NCBI GenBank assembly: GCA_030390025.1
Contig: CM059431.1
Span: 157,234,001 to 157,298,000 of the forward strand
Direction of reading: 5' to 3'
Source of the DNA: Squalus acanthias
Lineage: Eukaryota
Length of the DNA: 64,000 nt
Numbering within the stretch: position 1 is the first letter of the stretch; every line of letters starts with the position of its first letter. Under the pieces are notes generated by a model that searched no databases, had not been told where the DNA came from, and saw nothing but the letters and a program-made list of their open reading frames with translations. The translations under genes were made by a program, and so were the position numbers. This document shows, piece by piece, positions 51,158 through 62,839 of the stretch.

Positions 51158-51388
51158 TGAAAAGTCGCACAACACCAGGTTATAGTCCAACAGTTTTATT
51201 TGAAATCACAAGCTTTCGGAGCTGCTGCCCCTTCGTCAGGTAAAGTAAAAAGGCTTTTTCCTTCACCTAACGAAGGGGCAGCAGCTCCGAAAGCTTGTGA
51301 TTTAAAATAAAACTGTTGGTCTATAACCTGGTGATGTGCGACTTCTCACTTTTGTCCTCCCCAGTCAAACACCGTCATCTCCGCATCA
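51158..51388. mobile_element. Paralog of the palindromic Penelope/hammerhead insertion, copy B
   Basis: Same structure; plus-strand core mutated to CTAACGA. Confidence 0.88.
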
Positions 51389-51782
51389 TTCTAACTATGT
51401 GTAATCAGTACATTTGGATGCAGGACCTTCTATGCTATCATCTAAGTCGTTAATAAATACTGTCAGTAGTTGAGACTGCAACACAGATCCCTGCGGGACA
51501 AAACTGGCCACATCCTGTCAATGTGAGTATCTAACCATTATCCCAAATTAACGGCCGTGTGTGAGATGGCTCGAGTTATCCAAAACTTCAGGAGTCACAG
51601 TTTATCGGAGAAAGCAAGTGGAAAGCCATGGTTGAACTAAGGTTGAGTGCAAAAATTTGCGGAGGGACAAGACGTGATTTCTTAACATTCTATAACTTTG
51701 AGCGTATAATTTACCTCACTGGTATAGTTAACATTCCTGTGAAGCGCCTTGGGACTTTTGCTACGTTAAAGTTGCTATATAA

Positions 51783-51841
51783 TTACACGATGTTTCTGTT
51801 GTTGATGAGTTTAACAGTCTCAGATCTGTCGGAATCCACAA
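51783..51841 (-). CDS. Possible short terminal exon E4, copy B (VVDSDRSETVKLINNRNIV*); paralogs start at 15358 and about 59703
   Basis: Good acceptor tctcttctcattcag about 95 nt after the E3 donor; the phase-1 reading reaches TAA inside an L2/SINE-tail-like sequence; copy A has an earlier TGA. Confidence 0.3.
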
Positions 51842-51936
51842 CTGAATGAGAAGAGATCTAAAACACAACTTCAGGTTTACTGGATTGCAAACAAAAACTG
51901 GCAGATATATCAGTTGAAGTGAAAGAGTAATCTTAC

Positions 51937-52063
51937 CCGATGTGTGTGCGCTTATGCCATATCTGCCGGCTCCTGGCTCTTCATTTACTGTGTGTGTGAG
52001 GCTGATGTCATTGTATGTATTCGTGCTTACCAAAGTTTCGGTTGGATCAATTTCCTGTTGGAT
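51937..52063 (-). CDS. Host gene exon E3, copy B
   Basis: AG/GT boundaries, 127 nt, open frame, phase 0 to 1. Confidence 0.65.
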
Positions 52064-53188
52064 CTGATTATAGGAAGAATATGATTAGATACAATAGGTC
52101 TGACTTTCCGTTTACTGAACTGTATGAGCCAGAAATTTCGCCAGCCAGTGCAGCAACCGACAATTAGAGTCCTCAGGGACGAGGTACGCTAATTACGCTA
52201 GAAATATATCGTGGTACCAATCATAATCGCAAAAACCGAAAACAACAAAGGCTATAAAGTTGTTGGATAAGGTGAATTAATTAAAAATGGAGCCGAGGTG
52301 ATCCCAAAAGTTGGATTTAATCTTTAAGAAAGCAATTACTTGTATAATCAAGATAAGAGAGTTTGTAACCTAAAATTCACACACTTCTGATGAGGCAGAC
52401 TCTGAGCCGAGGGGAGCAGGAATCGCTTCACAAACAGGGCGGGAGAGTAGAAGCATAATTAATGAATGTAATTCCGTAGAAGTAGGAAAACTGGGAGCAT
52501 AGGTAAATTTCCAATCCAATCCATCGGATGAAATCTCGCTCCAAATAGATACATGGCCACAAAATACAGAGCCAAGAATGAAGTAACCGGAAGCATGTCG
52601 AACAGGGGCCGGCCAAAATGAATGTGGTAAAGGTTGGAGTGACTATTGAAATGCAATATATCAGTTGGTGATTGGAGCCAATAGTGCACATACAATGCGA
52701 GTGCTCTGCTTGGAGGCGAAGCTATAAATGCAATGTAGGATCTGGGTTTAGAGGTGAGGAAGCAAATGCAGTCTAACTGTTGGGCATGGATGAAGGTTCA
52801 TGACCAAGGGATTATTTAGTTACTCAGTTAAAAGGATATATCTTAATTCATGCAACATTAATCTTTGCTCTTGCAGAGCAGTGCTGGATGCAGTTCACCG
52901 ACTGTCTTCTGAGTTACTTTCACGGGTAAAAAAAAGTCGGTCAAAATTGGCGTCTGATACGCACCCGAGAGGAAATTATGCAATGACGTGGAAATCTCGG
53001 CAATCAACCTTTTGCCGAATGAAAAATGTCAGAGCGGTGGTCCGTGTAACCAATGCGCAGTGCAACTCGCCTATTTCAGGAAGGAAAGCTTCACGAAGCG
53101 TAAAAGCTACTGATTATAATTAAACAAACACGTCTGGTCAATAATACGGTACAGTACCATAGGTTCAATCCATTTGAGTCAAAAATAC

Positions 53189-53358
53189 CTCAGAATCAAT
53201 CGGAGTGAATACGCTTTTATGAAGCAGATTTGCACTGATACCAGACACAGATTCTTCTTCAGCTTCAAGTATTCTATCCCGGTACAATTCCGTATCTTTG
53301 GATTCATGAATGTCAGCGCCTGTCGATACAGTTGGTCCAAATCCAGTAATATTATCCA
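53189..53358 (-). CDS. Host gene exon E2, copy B
   Basis: AG/GT boundaries, 170 nt, open frame, phase 1 to 0. Confidence 0.65.
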
Positions 53359-54444
53359 CTATAAAATACAAGTGGAACAAAAAATATCGGATAGCTAAAA
53401 TAAACGACAATCTGTAGAAGAGGCACATAGAAATATGTTGCACTGCATCAAAAAAATTATTCAAACGAAGAGGGAAAGTCAAATAATTAATAATCAATCT
53501 GTAAATATATATTTATCTGTCTGTATGTGTATCTCGTTGACTGTCTGTCTATCATTCTAACTATTACATATATCTCCATCTGTCTATTTGCTTATTCTAT
53601 TTAGGGATCTGCTAAACTGTACTCTGATGTAATTGAATACACGGCAGTCGATGCATCATCATAAGCATACTGCAGGGTGAATCTTTAAAGCACAAGCAGT
53701 GCATTTATCGACACTGGCCTTGCAATTGGTTCGTGCTGGCTGCCGCAACCTGGGCACGGGCCAGAAGTGTAATTGTGACTTTCTAAGATAAATTAAAACG
53801 TGCTGAATTAAATGGGCAGCACCTTTTACATTTCTCCCGATTTTGATATACATTCACTACGTTCGCTAGTACTTTCGATTCGCTATCGGCCATTGTACAC
53901 CATCGCATGAAGCCCAAATTACCCCGGGGAATTATGTGATGTAAATGGTAGGGCTGAGACACATCAATATCACCATCTGGCAATCTGCTTAGTCTATTTA
54001 TGGATCTGCTAAACTGTACCCTGGTGTAATGGAATAGACGGCAGGTTACCGTCTGCAGTCGATGCATCACTAAAAGCATAGTGCAGGGTGAACGCTTAAA
54101 ACTCAATCAGTGAATGTATCTACCCTGCCCTAGAAATTTGTCCTTGCCGGCTGCCGCGAATTGGACACGGGGCAGAGCTTGTAATTGTGACTTTCTAATT
54201 GTGAAATCAATTTAAATTTGCTGATTTGATTGGGCATGTGTTTTTACATCTCTTGCGATTTCGACTTCCATTCGCTTTACTATTTTCGATTCGCTATCGC
54301 CCAGTTTACATCATCACACGATGCCAATATTACATCATCCCTGCGCCAAAAAGGGGAGGCCTGAGACACCCCCAATATTGAGGTTTACAGGATTGAATTT
54401 AAATAATTGCGATTATATCAGTTCAAAAGAAAGAGTAAACTCAC

Positions 54445-54976
54445 CGGATGTGTATAATCGTTTGTCAACCATGGTGGCTCCTTTTTCTTGCAGCCGTGAA
54501 TGTTGATCTTCTTTCAATATGGGTGTGGGGCTCATGTCGTGAGTATTCGTGCTGAGCACAGTTTCCATCGGAGCGGTTTCCTCTTGGTTAGGATGAAATA
54601 TTTCAGGCTTGATACTGACAGGACTGCTCTTTATTGATATATTGGTGTGAGACTCGTTTCCAGTGGGAACATTTTCTTCCAATTCTTTGTTGTGACATTT
54701 AACCATGTCACCAGCTGTCGCGGTGTTCCTGTCAGTTACTGCAGGGATATTCTCCGCTTTGCCCTTTTCTTTATGACTCTCATTGTTTGTAGATAAAGTG
54801 ACTTTATCTTTGAACAATCCTCCGACAATGACATTCGGTTCTGTGTCTGGTCTCTTGTGCCAAAGTTCACTTCCATCATCGGGATTAGTTTTGACAACAT
54901 GCAGTTCGTCACAATGATGAATGCATTCGAGCGAATCTTTTGTTCCCCGGGAGTTCTCTTTCGGATTCTCAGCCAT
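54445..54976 (-). CDS. Host gene exon E1, copy B
   Basis: Same translated ORF as copy C; ATG at 54976, donor G|gtgagt at 54444. Confidence 0.7.
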
Positions 54977-55301
54977 TATGTCTCCAGACGGAGAATCTTC
55001 TCTTTCTAAATCAAAGACTCAGATATTCAGCAATAACATTGGTAGACCTGATCTTATATATCTGTAACTGGACAAGACAGATCTTAAATAATATTTCAAG
55101 AAATTCACGCGTTTCATATTTTTACAATACCTGGTATGATCCAGTATTGATTGGGCTCCATCACACTAAATTGAGGGCAATAGGAAGAAGGATAAAGCGT
55201 AGCATTACCCGTGCCACGTGTAAATGAAGACACACTGGAGTAATTAGCGGGCCAACGCGTGGTTAGTACTTAAGTGTACGGAATTCGGAATTTCGTTTCT
55301 T

Positions 55302-56335
55302 TAACTGGTGGGGTGCCACAGGGATCGGTGCTGTGGCCTCAACTATTTACCATCTACATTAATGACTTAGATGAAGGGACCGAGTGTAATGTAGCCAAGC
55401 TGGCGGATGATACAGAGATGCTTGGGAAAGCAAGTTCTGCAGAGGACTCAAAGAATCTGCAAATGGATATGAACAGGCTAAATGAGTGGGCAAATATTTG
55501 GCAGATGGAGAATAATGTGGGAAAGTGCGAGGTTATCCACTTTGGCAGGAAAAATAAAGAAGCGTATTATTATTTAAATGGAGAGAGATTACAAAATGTT
55601 ACAGTTCAGAGGGACCAGCGGGTCCTTGTGCATGAAACACGAAAAATTAACATGCAGGTACAGCAAATAATCAAAAAGGCAAATGGAATGTTGGCTTTTA
55701 TTGGAAAGGGATTGGAGTATAAAAGCAAGGATGTCCTGCTACAACTGTACAGGTTATTGGTGAAACTACACCTGGAGTACAGCGTTCCGTTTTGGTGTCC
55801 TTATTTTAGAAAGGATATACTTGCATTGGAGGCTGTTCAGAGACGAGTCACTAGGTTAATTCCACAGATGAGTGGGTTGACTTATGAAGAAAGCTTGAGC
55901 AGGTTGGGCCTATACTCTTTGGAATTTAGAAGAATGAGAGGCGATCTTATTGAAACATATCAGCTACTGAGGGGGCTCGCCAAGGTCGATGCAGAGAAGA
56001 TGTTTCCCCTCGTGGGGAAATCTAGAACTCGGGGGCATAGTTTCAGAATAAATGGTCGCCCTTTTAGAACTGAGATAAGGAGGAATTTCTTCTCTCTGAC
56101 GGACGTTAATCTGTGGAATTCTCTGCCCCAGTGAGCCGTGGAGGCTGGGTCATTAAATACATTTAAGTTGTAGATAGACAGATTTTTGCAAGATAAGGAA
56201 TTGAAGGGTTATGGGGAGCGGGCAGGGAAGTGGCTTTGAGCCCAAGATCAGCTTTAATCGTATTGAATGGCGGAGCAGGCTCCAGGGGCCATGTGTCCTA
56301 TTCCCATCCTATTCTTATGTTCTTATGTTATTATA
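55302..56335 (+). mobile_element. 3' part of the same CR1, copy C, starting at the duplication junction
   Basis: GVPQGSVL...NLWNSLPQ open frame and CR1 tail. Confidence 0.95.
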
Positions 56336-57526
56336 TTCTAAGCAAATGCATTTGCTGCTAGCCCCAATGTAAGCTTCACACAAAGACAGCGCAATCTATG
56401 TGTGGAGAATTTCAGGTTTTCCGAAGTGTAATTCAAATCAACGGAGGACCATGGGGAGCCCCGAGTGCCAGCTGCTGTGACGGCAACAGGCTGTCTAAGC
56501 AATCAATCAAAACGCAGAATTCTCACAGATAGCGAACAAGAAAATGAGTAAGCTCTTAAACTTCTAACTTTTAATAAATATGTTAGATCGAACGCAACAA
56601 ACATTGGCTCTCACATGGGGAAAATGCAAATCAGAAATAAGGAGGAAAAAACTTTTAAAACAATTACATTTTCTTAAAAATATAAATTTTTATTAAAATG
56701 AATAAAGTTGACTGCGCAAAATTAAATTAGATTTTTAGTACCATAACATTTGTTTGGAAGTCAATACGCTTTTGAAACCCAGTTACACCCAATCCCTTTG
56801 GCTCTACCATTCAGTGGCGAATTTTAAAGCGCAATTACTGTGGAAGAGCCGAAGATTTCAGCAGTTTCCCTGATGTGTGAGATTTCCCTGATTGCCGGCT
56901 CTGGGCGGGCACAGCGCAGCCGCTGCAGTTCTATTGAAGTCAACCGCAGGGAATATCGGACCGAGCGCACAACGGGCAACAGATGCAACACCGGCCATTT
57001 TTCGGCGAGGACATGAAACAGGCGGTATCGCATCCACCACCAGTTATACGCTGCCCCCATATAAACTTGAATTTAGCTGAGTCTCGGGCGTGTGTTGTAA
57101 CTATCCGCAAATGCAATTCCGCCTGTTGTGTGTCCCCGCCCATGTAGAATTTCATCCTCATGGACATTAACGTAAACTAAGTTCCTCGACATATATAATG
57201 AACTCTCTTGCTCGGAAAGTAAACAAGATATTTCGCGGCTTTTCACATTAAGCAAGAAGTAGTGAAATGGAGGGCTATAGGAATGAACGTCCAGACAGTT
57301 CGGTTGACGTTTGTAGCTGTAGTCCAGAGCAGAAAATCGATATACTGTTTACTGCAGTAAAGGGAGAGTAGGGTTAGGAGTGTAATAGAAGATATGCGAA
57401 GAAGACTGTAGAGACTAAGTGGGAGAGACCGGAGAGGAATTTGTAGATGAGGAGGAGGCTTTCACATACTGTCAGTTTGGGATAAGAAGTTAATGTATGC
57501 CATTAATACGGGGGATTACGCATAAT

Positions 57527-58872
57527 ATAAGAACATCAGAAATAGGAGCAGGAGTAGTCCACTTGATCCTTCGAGCCTGCTCCGCCATTCAATAAGAACA
57601 TGGCTGATCTTCTACCTCATTACCACATTCCTGCAATAGCTAATATCATTTGATTCCCTTAATATTCAAAAATCTGTCGATCTCTGTCTTGAGTATAATC
57701 AAAGACGGAGCTTCCACAGCCCTCTGGAGTAGAGAATGCCAAAGATTCACCACCCGATGAGTGAATATTTTCGCCTCATCTCAGTCCTAAATGGCCAAGC
57801 TCTGATTCTGAGACTAAAACACGTGGTTCTCGACACCCCAGTCAGGGGAAAGATCCTCCCTGCAACTACCCCGTCAAGCCATGTAACAATTGTGTATGAT
57901 TCAATGAGATCACCTCTCATTCTTCTAAACGCTAGATCATAAATGCATCTTCTACTCAATCTCTCCTTATAGGGCAATCGCCCCCCATCCCAGGAACCAG
58001 TCTGTTGAACCTTCGTTGCTCTCTCTTTATGGCAGGTATAACCTTCCTTAGTTAAGGAGACAAAAAACATACACAATACTCCATGTATTGTCTCACCAGG
58101 GCCCTATATAGTTGCAGTAAGACGCCTTTACTCTTATACTCAAATCCTCTTTCAATAAATGCGAACATAAAATTTGCTTTCCTAATTGCTTGATGTACCT
58201 GCATGTTCGCTTTCAGTGATTCGTGTACAAGAACACCCATGTCCCTCTGAACACCAACATTTCCCGATCATTTACCATTTCACCAATGTCCTGCTTGTTT
58301 ATTGTTCCTCCCACGTTATATTCCATTTGCCAAGTTCTTGCCAACTTACTTAACCTGTCTATATCCGCTTGAAGACTGTTTGCATCCTCCTCACCACTTA
58401 CATTCCCACCCAGCTTTGTATCATTAGCAAACTTGGATAAATTACATTTCGACCCCTCATCCAAATTATTGATGTAGATTGTGAATAGCTGAGACCAAAG
58501 CACTGATCCTTGCAGTAGCTCACTAGGAACAGCCTGCCAACAAGAATATGACCCGTTTATTCCAACTCTCTATTTTTGTCAGTTAACCAATTCTCAATCC
58601 ATGCTAATATATTACGCCCAATCCCATGAGTCTTAATTTTGTTTAACAACTTCTTGTGTGGCACCACTTCGAAAGCCTTCTGAAAATTCAAATGCACCAC
58701 ATCCACTGAGTCCCCCTTATCTGTTCTGCTAGTTAAAAACTCAAAAAACTGTAACAGATTTTTCAAACACGATTTCCCTTTTATAAATCCGTGTTGACTC
58801 TGGCCAATCCTCTTATTGTTTTCTAAGTGCCCTGTTACCACGTCCTTAAAAATAGATTCTAGCATTTACCCT
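57527..58872 (-). mobile_element. Uninterrupted antisense CR1 fragment, copy C
   Basis: RT motifs; near-identical to copy B. Confidence 0.9.
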
Positions 58873-59019
58873 AATACTGTTCTATCCTTTCTTGGTTCAA
58901 AATGGATGAGCTCACATTTGTCTCCATTGAAATCCATTTGCCACGGTTTTGCACATTCACTTAATCTATCGATAATTCTCTGTAAGTTTTGCTTTTATCT
59001 GCACTGCCTCCTAACTTTG

Positions 59020-59250
59020 TGAAAAGTCGCACAACACCAGGTTATAGTCCAACAGTTTTATTTGAAATCACAAGCTTTCGGAGCTGCTGCCCCTTCGTCA
59101 GGTAAAGTAAAAAGGCTTTTTCCTTCACCTGACGAAGGGGCAGCAGCTCCGAAAGCTTGTGATTTAAAATAAAACTGTTGGACTATAACCTGGTGTTGTG
59201 CGACTTCTCACTTTTGTCCACCCCAGTCAAACACCGGCATCTCCGCATCA
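59020..59250. mobile_element. Paralog of the palindromic Penelope/hammerhead insertion, copy C
   Basis: Same structure; both CTGACGA...GAAAGCTT cores intact. Confidence 0.88.
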
Positions 59251-59798
59251 TTCTAACTATGTGTAATCAGTACATTTGGATGCAGGACCTTCTATGCTAT
59301 CATCTAAGTCGTTAATAAATACAGTCAGTAGTTGAGACTGCAACACAGATCCCTGCGGGACAAAATTAGCCACATCCTGTCAATGTGAGTATCTAACCAT
59401 TATCCCAAATTAACGGCCGTGTGTGAGATGGCTCGAGTTATCCAAAACTTCAGGAGTCACAGTTTATCGGAGAAAGCAAGTGGAAAGCCATGGTTGAACT
59501 AAGGTTGAGTGCAAAAATTTGCGGAGGGACAAGACGTGATTTCTTAACATTCTATAACTTTGAGCGTATAATTTACCTCACTGGTATAGTTAACATTCCT
59601 GTGAAGCGCCTTGGGACTTTTGCTACGTTAAAGTTGCTATATAATTACACGATGTTTCTGTTGTTGATGAGTTTAACAGTCTCAGATCTGTCGGAATCCA
59701 CAACTGAATGAGAAGAGATCTAAAACACAACTTCAGGTTTACTGGATTGCAAACAAAAACTGGCAGATATATCAGTTGAAGTGAAAGAGTAATCTTAC

Positions 59799-59925
59799 CC
59801 GATGTGTGTGCGCTTATGCCATATCTGCCGGCTCCTGGCTCTTCATTTACTGTGTGGGTGAGGCTGATGTCATTGTATGTATTCGTGCTTACCAAAGTTT
59901 CGGTTGGATCAATTTCCTGTTGGAT
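59799..59925 (-). CDS. Host gene exon E3, copy C (IQQEIDPTETLVSTNT...SAHTS)
   Basis: Acceptor tataatcag|ATC, donor TCGG|gtaaga; 127 nt, phase 0 to 1; peptide resembles the end of E1. Confidence 0.65.
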
Positions 59926-61051
59926 CTGATTATAGGAAGAATATGATTAGATACAATAGGTCTGACTTTCCGTTTACTGAACTGTATGAGCCACAAATTT
60001 CACCAGCCAGTGCAGCAACCGACAATTAGAGTCCTCAGGGACGAGGTACGCTAATTACGCTAGAAATATATCGTGGTACCAATCATAATCGCAAAAACCG
60101 AAAACAACAAAGGCTATAAAGTTGTTCGATAAGGTGAATTAATTAAAAATGGAGCCGAGGTGATCCCAAAAGTTGGATTTAATCTTTAAGAAAGCAATTA
60201 CTTGTATAATCAAGATAAGAGAGTTTGTAACCTAAAATTCACAGACTTCTGATGAGGCAGACTCTGAGCCGAGGGGAGCAGGAATCGCTTCACAAACAGG
60301 GGCGGGAGAGTAGAAGCATAATTAATGAATGTAATTCCGTAGAAATAGGAAAACTGGGAGCATAGGTAAATTTCCAATCCAATCCATCGGATGAAATCTC
60401 GCTCCAAATAGATAAATGGCCACAAATTACAGAGCCAAGAATGAAGTAACCGGAAGCATGTCGAAGAGGGGCCGGCCAAAATGAATGTGGTAAAGGTTGG
60501 AGTGACTATTGAAATGCAATATATCAGTTGGTGATTGGAGCCAATAGTGCACATACAATGCGAGTGCTCTGCTTGGAGGCGAAGCTATAAATGCAATGTA
60601 GGATCTGGGTTTAGAGGTGAGGAAGCAAATGCAGTCTAACTGTTGGGCATGGATGAAGGTTCATGACCAAGGGATTATTTAGTTACTCAGTTAAAAGGAT
60701 ATATCTTAATTCATGCAACATTAATCTTTGCTCTTGCAGAGCAGTGCTGGATGCAGTTCACCGACTGTCTTCTGAGTTACTTTCGGGGGTAAAAAAAAGT
60801 CGGTCAAAATTGGCGTCTGATACGCACCCGAGAGGAAATTATGCAATGACGTGGAAATCTCGGCAATCAACCTTTTGCCGAATGAAAAATGTCAGAGCGG
60901 TGGTCCGTGTAACCAATGCGCAGTGCAACTCGCCTATTTCAGGAAGGAAAGCTTCACGAAGCGTAAAAGCTAATGCTTATAATTAAACAAACACGTCTGG
61001 TCAATAATACGGTACAGTACCATAGGTTCAATCCATTTAAGTCAAAAATAC

Positions 61052-61221
61052 CTCAGAATCAATCGGAGTGAATACGCTTTTATGAAGCAGATTTGCACTG
61101 ATACCAGACACAGATTCTTCTTCAGCTTCAAGTATTCTATCCCGGTACAATTCCGTATCTTTGGATTCATGAATGTCAGCGCCTATCGATACAGTTGGTC
61201 CAAATCCAGTAATATTATCCA
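61052..61221 (-). CDS. Host gene exon E2, copy C (VDNITGFGPTVS...FTPIDSE)
   Basis: Acceptor ttgtattttatag|TG, donor GAG|gtattt; 170 nt, phase 1 to 0; in frame with E1 and E3. Confidence 0.65.
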
Positions 61222-62307
61222 CTATAAAATACAAGTGGAACAAAAAATATCGGATAGCTAAAATAAACGACAATCTGTAGAAGAGGCACATAGAAATATG
61301 TTGCACTGCATCAAAAAAATTATTCAAACGAAGAGGGAAAGTCAAATAATTAATAATCAATCTGTAAATATATATTTATCTGTCTGTATGTGTATCTCGT
61401 TGACTGTCTGTCTATCATTCTAACTATTACATATATCTCCATCTGTCTATTTGCTTATTCTATTTAGGGATCTGCTAAACTGTACTCTGATGTAATTGAA
61501 TACACGGCAGTCGATGCATCATCATAAGCATGCTGCAGGGTGAATCTTTAAAGCACAAGCAGTGCATTTATCGACACTGGCCTTGCAATTGGTTCGTGCT
61601 GGCTGCCGCAACCTGGGCACGGGCCAGAAGTGTAATTGTGACTTTCTAAGATAAATTAAAACGTGCTGAATTAAATGGGCAGCACCTTTTACATTTCTCC
61701 CGATTTTGATATACATTCACTACGTTCGCTAGTACTTTCGATTCGCTATCGGCCATTGTACACCATCGCATGAAGCCCAAATTACCCCGGGGAATTATGT
61801 GATGTAAATGGTAGGGCTGAGACACATCAATATCACCATCTGGCAATCTGCTTAGTCTATTTATGGATCTGCTAAACTGTACCCTGGTGTAATGGAATAG
61901 ACGGCAGGTTACCGTCTGCAGTCGATGCATCACTAAAAGCATAGTGCAGGGTGAACGCTTAAAACTCAATCAGTGAATGTATCTACCCTGCCCTAGAAAT
62001 TTGTCCTTGCCGGCTGCCGCGAATTGGACACGGGGCAGAGCTTGTAATTGTGACTTTCTAATTGTGAAATCAATTTAAATTTGCTGATTTGATTGGGCAT
62101 GTGTTTTTACATCTCTTGCGATTTCGACTTCCATTCGCTTTACTATTTTCGATTCGCTATCGCCCAGTTTACATCATCACACGATGCCAATATTACATCA
62201 TCCCTGCGCCAAAAAGGGGAGGCCTGAGACACCCCCAATATTGAGGTTTACAGGATTGAATTTAAATAATTGCGATTATATCAGTTCAAAAGAAAGAGTA
62301 AACTCAC

Positions 62308-62839
62308 CGGATGTGTATAATCGTTTGTCAACCATGGTGGCTCCTTTTTCTTGCAGCCGTGAATGTTGATCTTCTTTCAATATGGGTGTGGGGCTCATGT
62401 CGTGAGTATTCGTGCTGAGCACAGTTTCCATCGGAGCGGTTTCCTCTTGGTTAGGATGAAATATTTCAGGCTTGATACTGACAGGACTGCTCTTTATTGA
62501 TATATTGGTGTGAGACTCGTTTCCAGTGGGAACATTTTCTTCCAATTCTTTGTTGTGACATTTAACCATGTCACCAGCTGTCGCGGTGTTCCTGTCAGTT
62601 ACTGCAGGGATATTCTCCGCTTTGCCCTTTTCTTTATGACTCTCATTGTTTGTAGATAAAGTGACTTTATCTTTGAACAATCCTCCGACAATGACATTCG
62701 GTTCTGTGTCTGGTCTCTTGTGCCAAAGTTCACTTCCATCATCGGGATTAGTTTTGACAACATGCAGTTCGTCACAATGATGAATGCATTCGAGCGAATC
62801 TTTTGTTCCCCGGGAGTTCTCTTTCGGATTCTCAGCCAT
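62308..62839 (-). CDS. Host gene exon E1 (ATG-containing), copy C; low-complexity N-terminal region MAENPKENSRG...KRLYTS
   Basis: 532-nt open frame from ATG at 62839 to strong donor TCCG|gtgagt (phase 1); no TE motif recognised; present in three paralogous copies. Confidence 0.7.

Larger units (their letters stand above)
42430..55303. repeat. Segmental duplication unit, copy B
   Basis: Matches 1-18790 without the two A-specific insertions. Confidence 0.95.
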
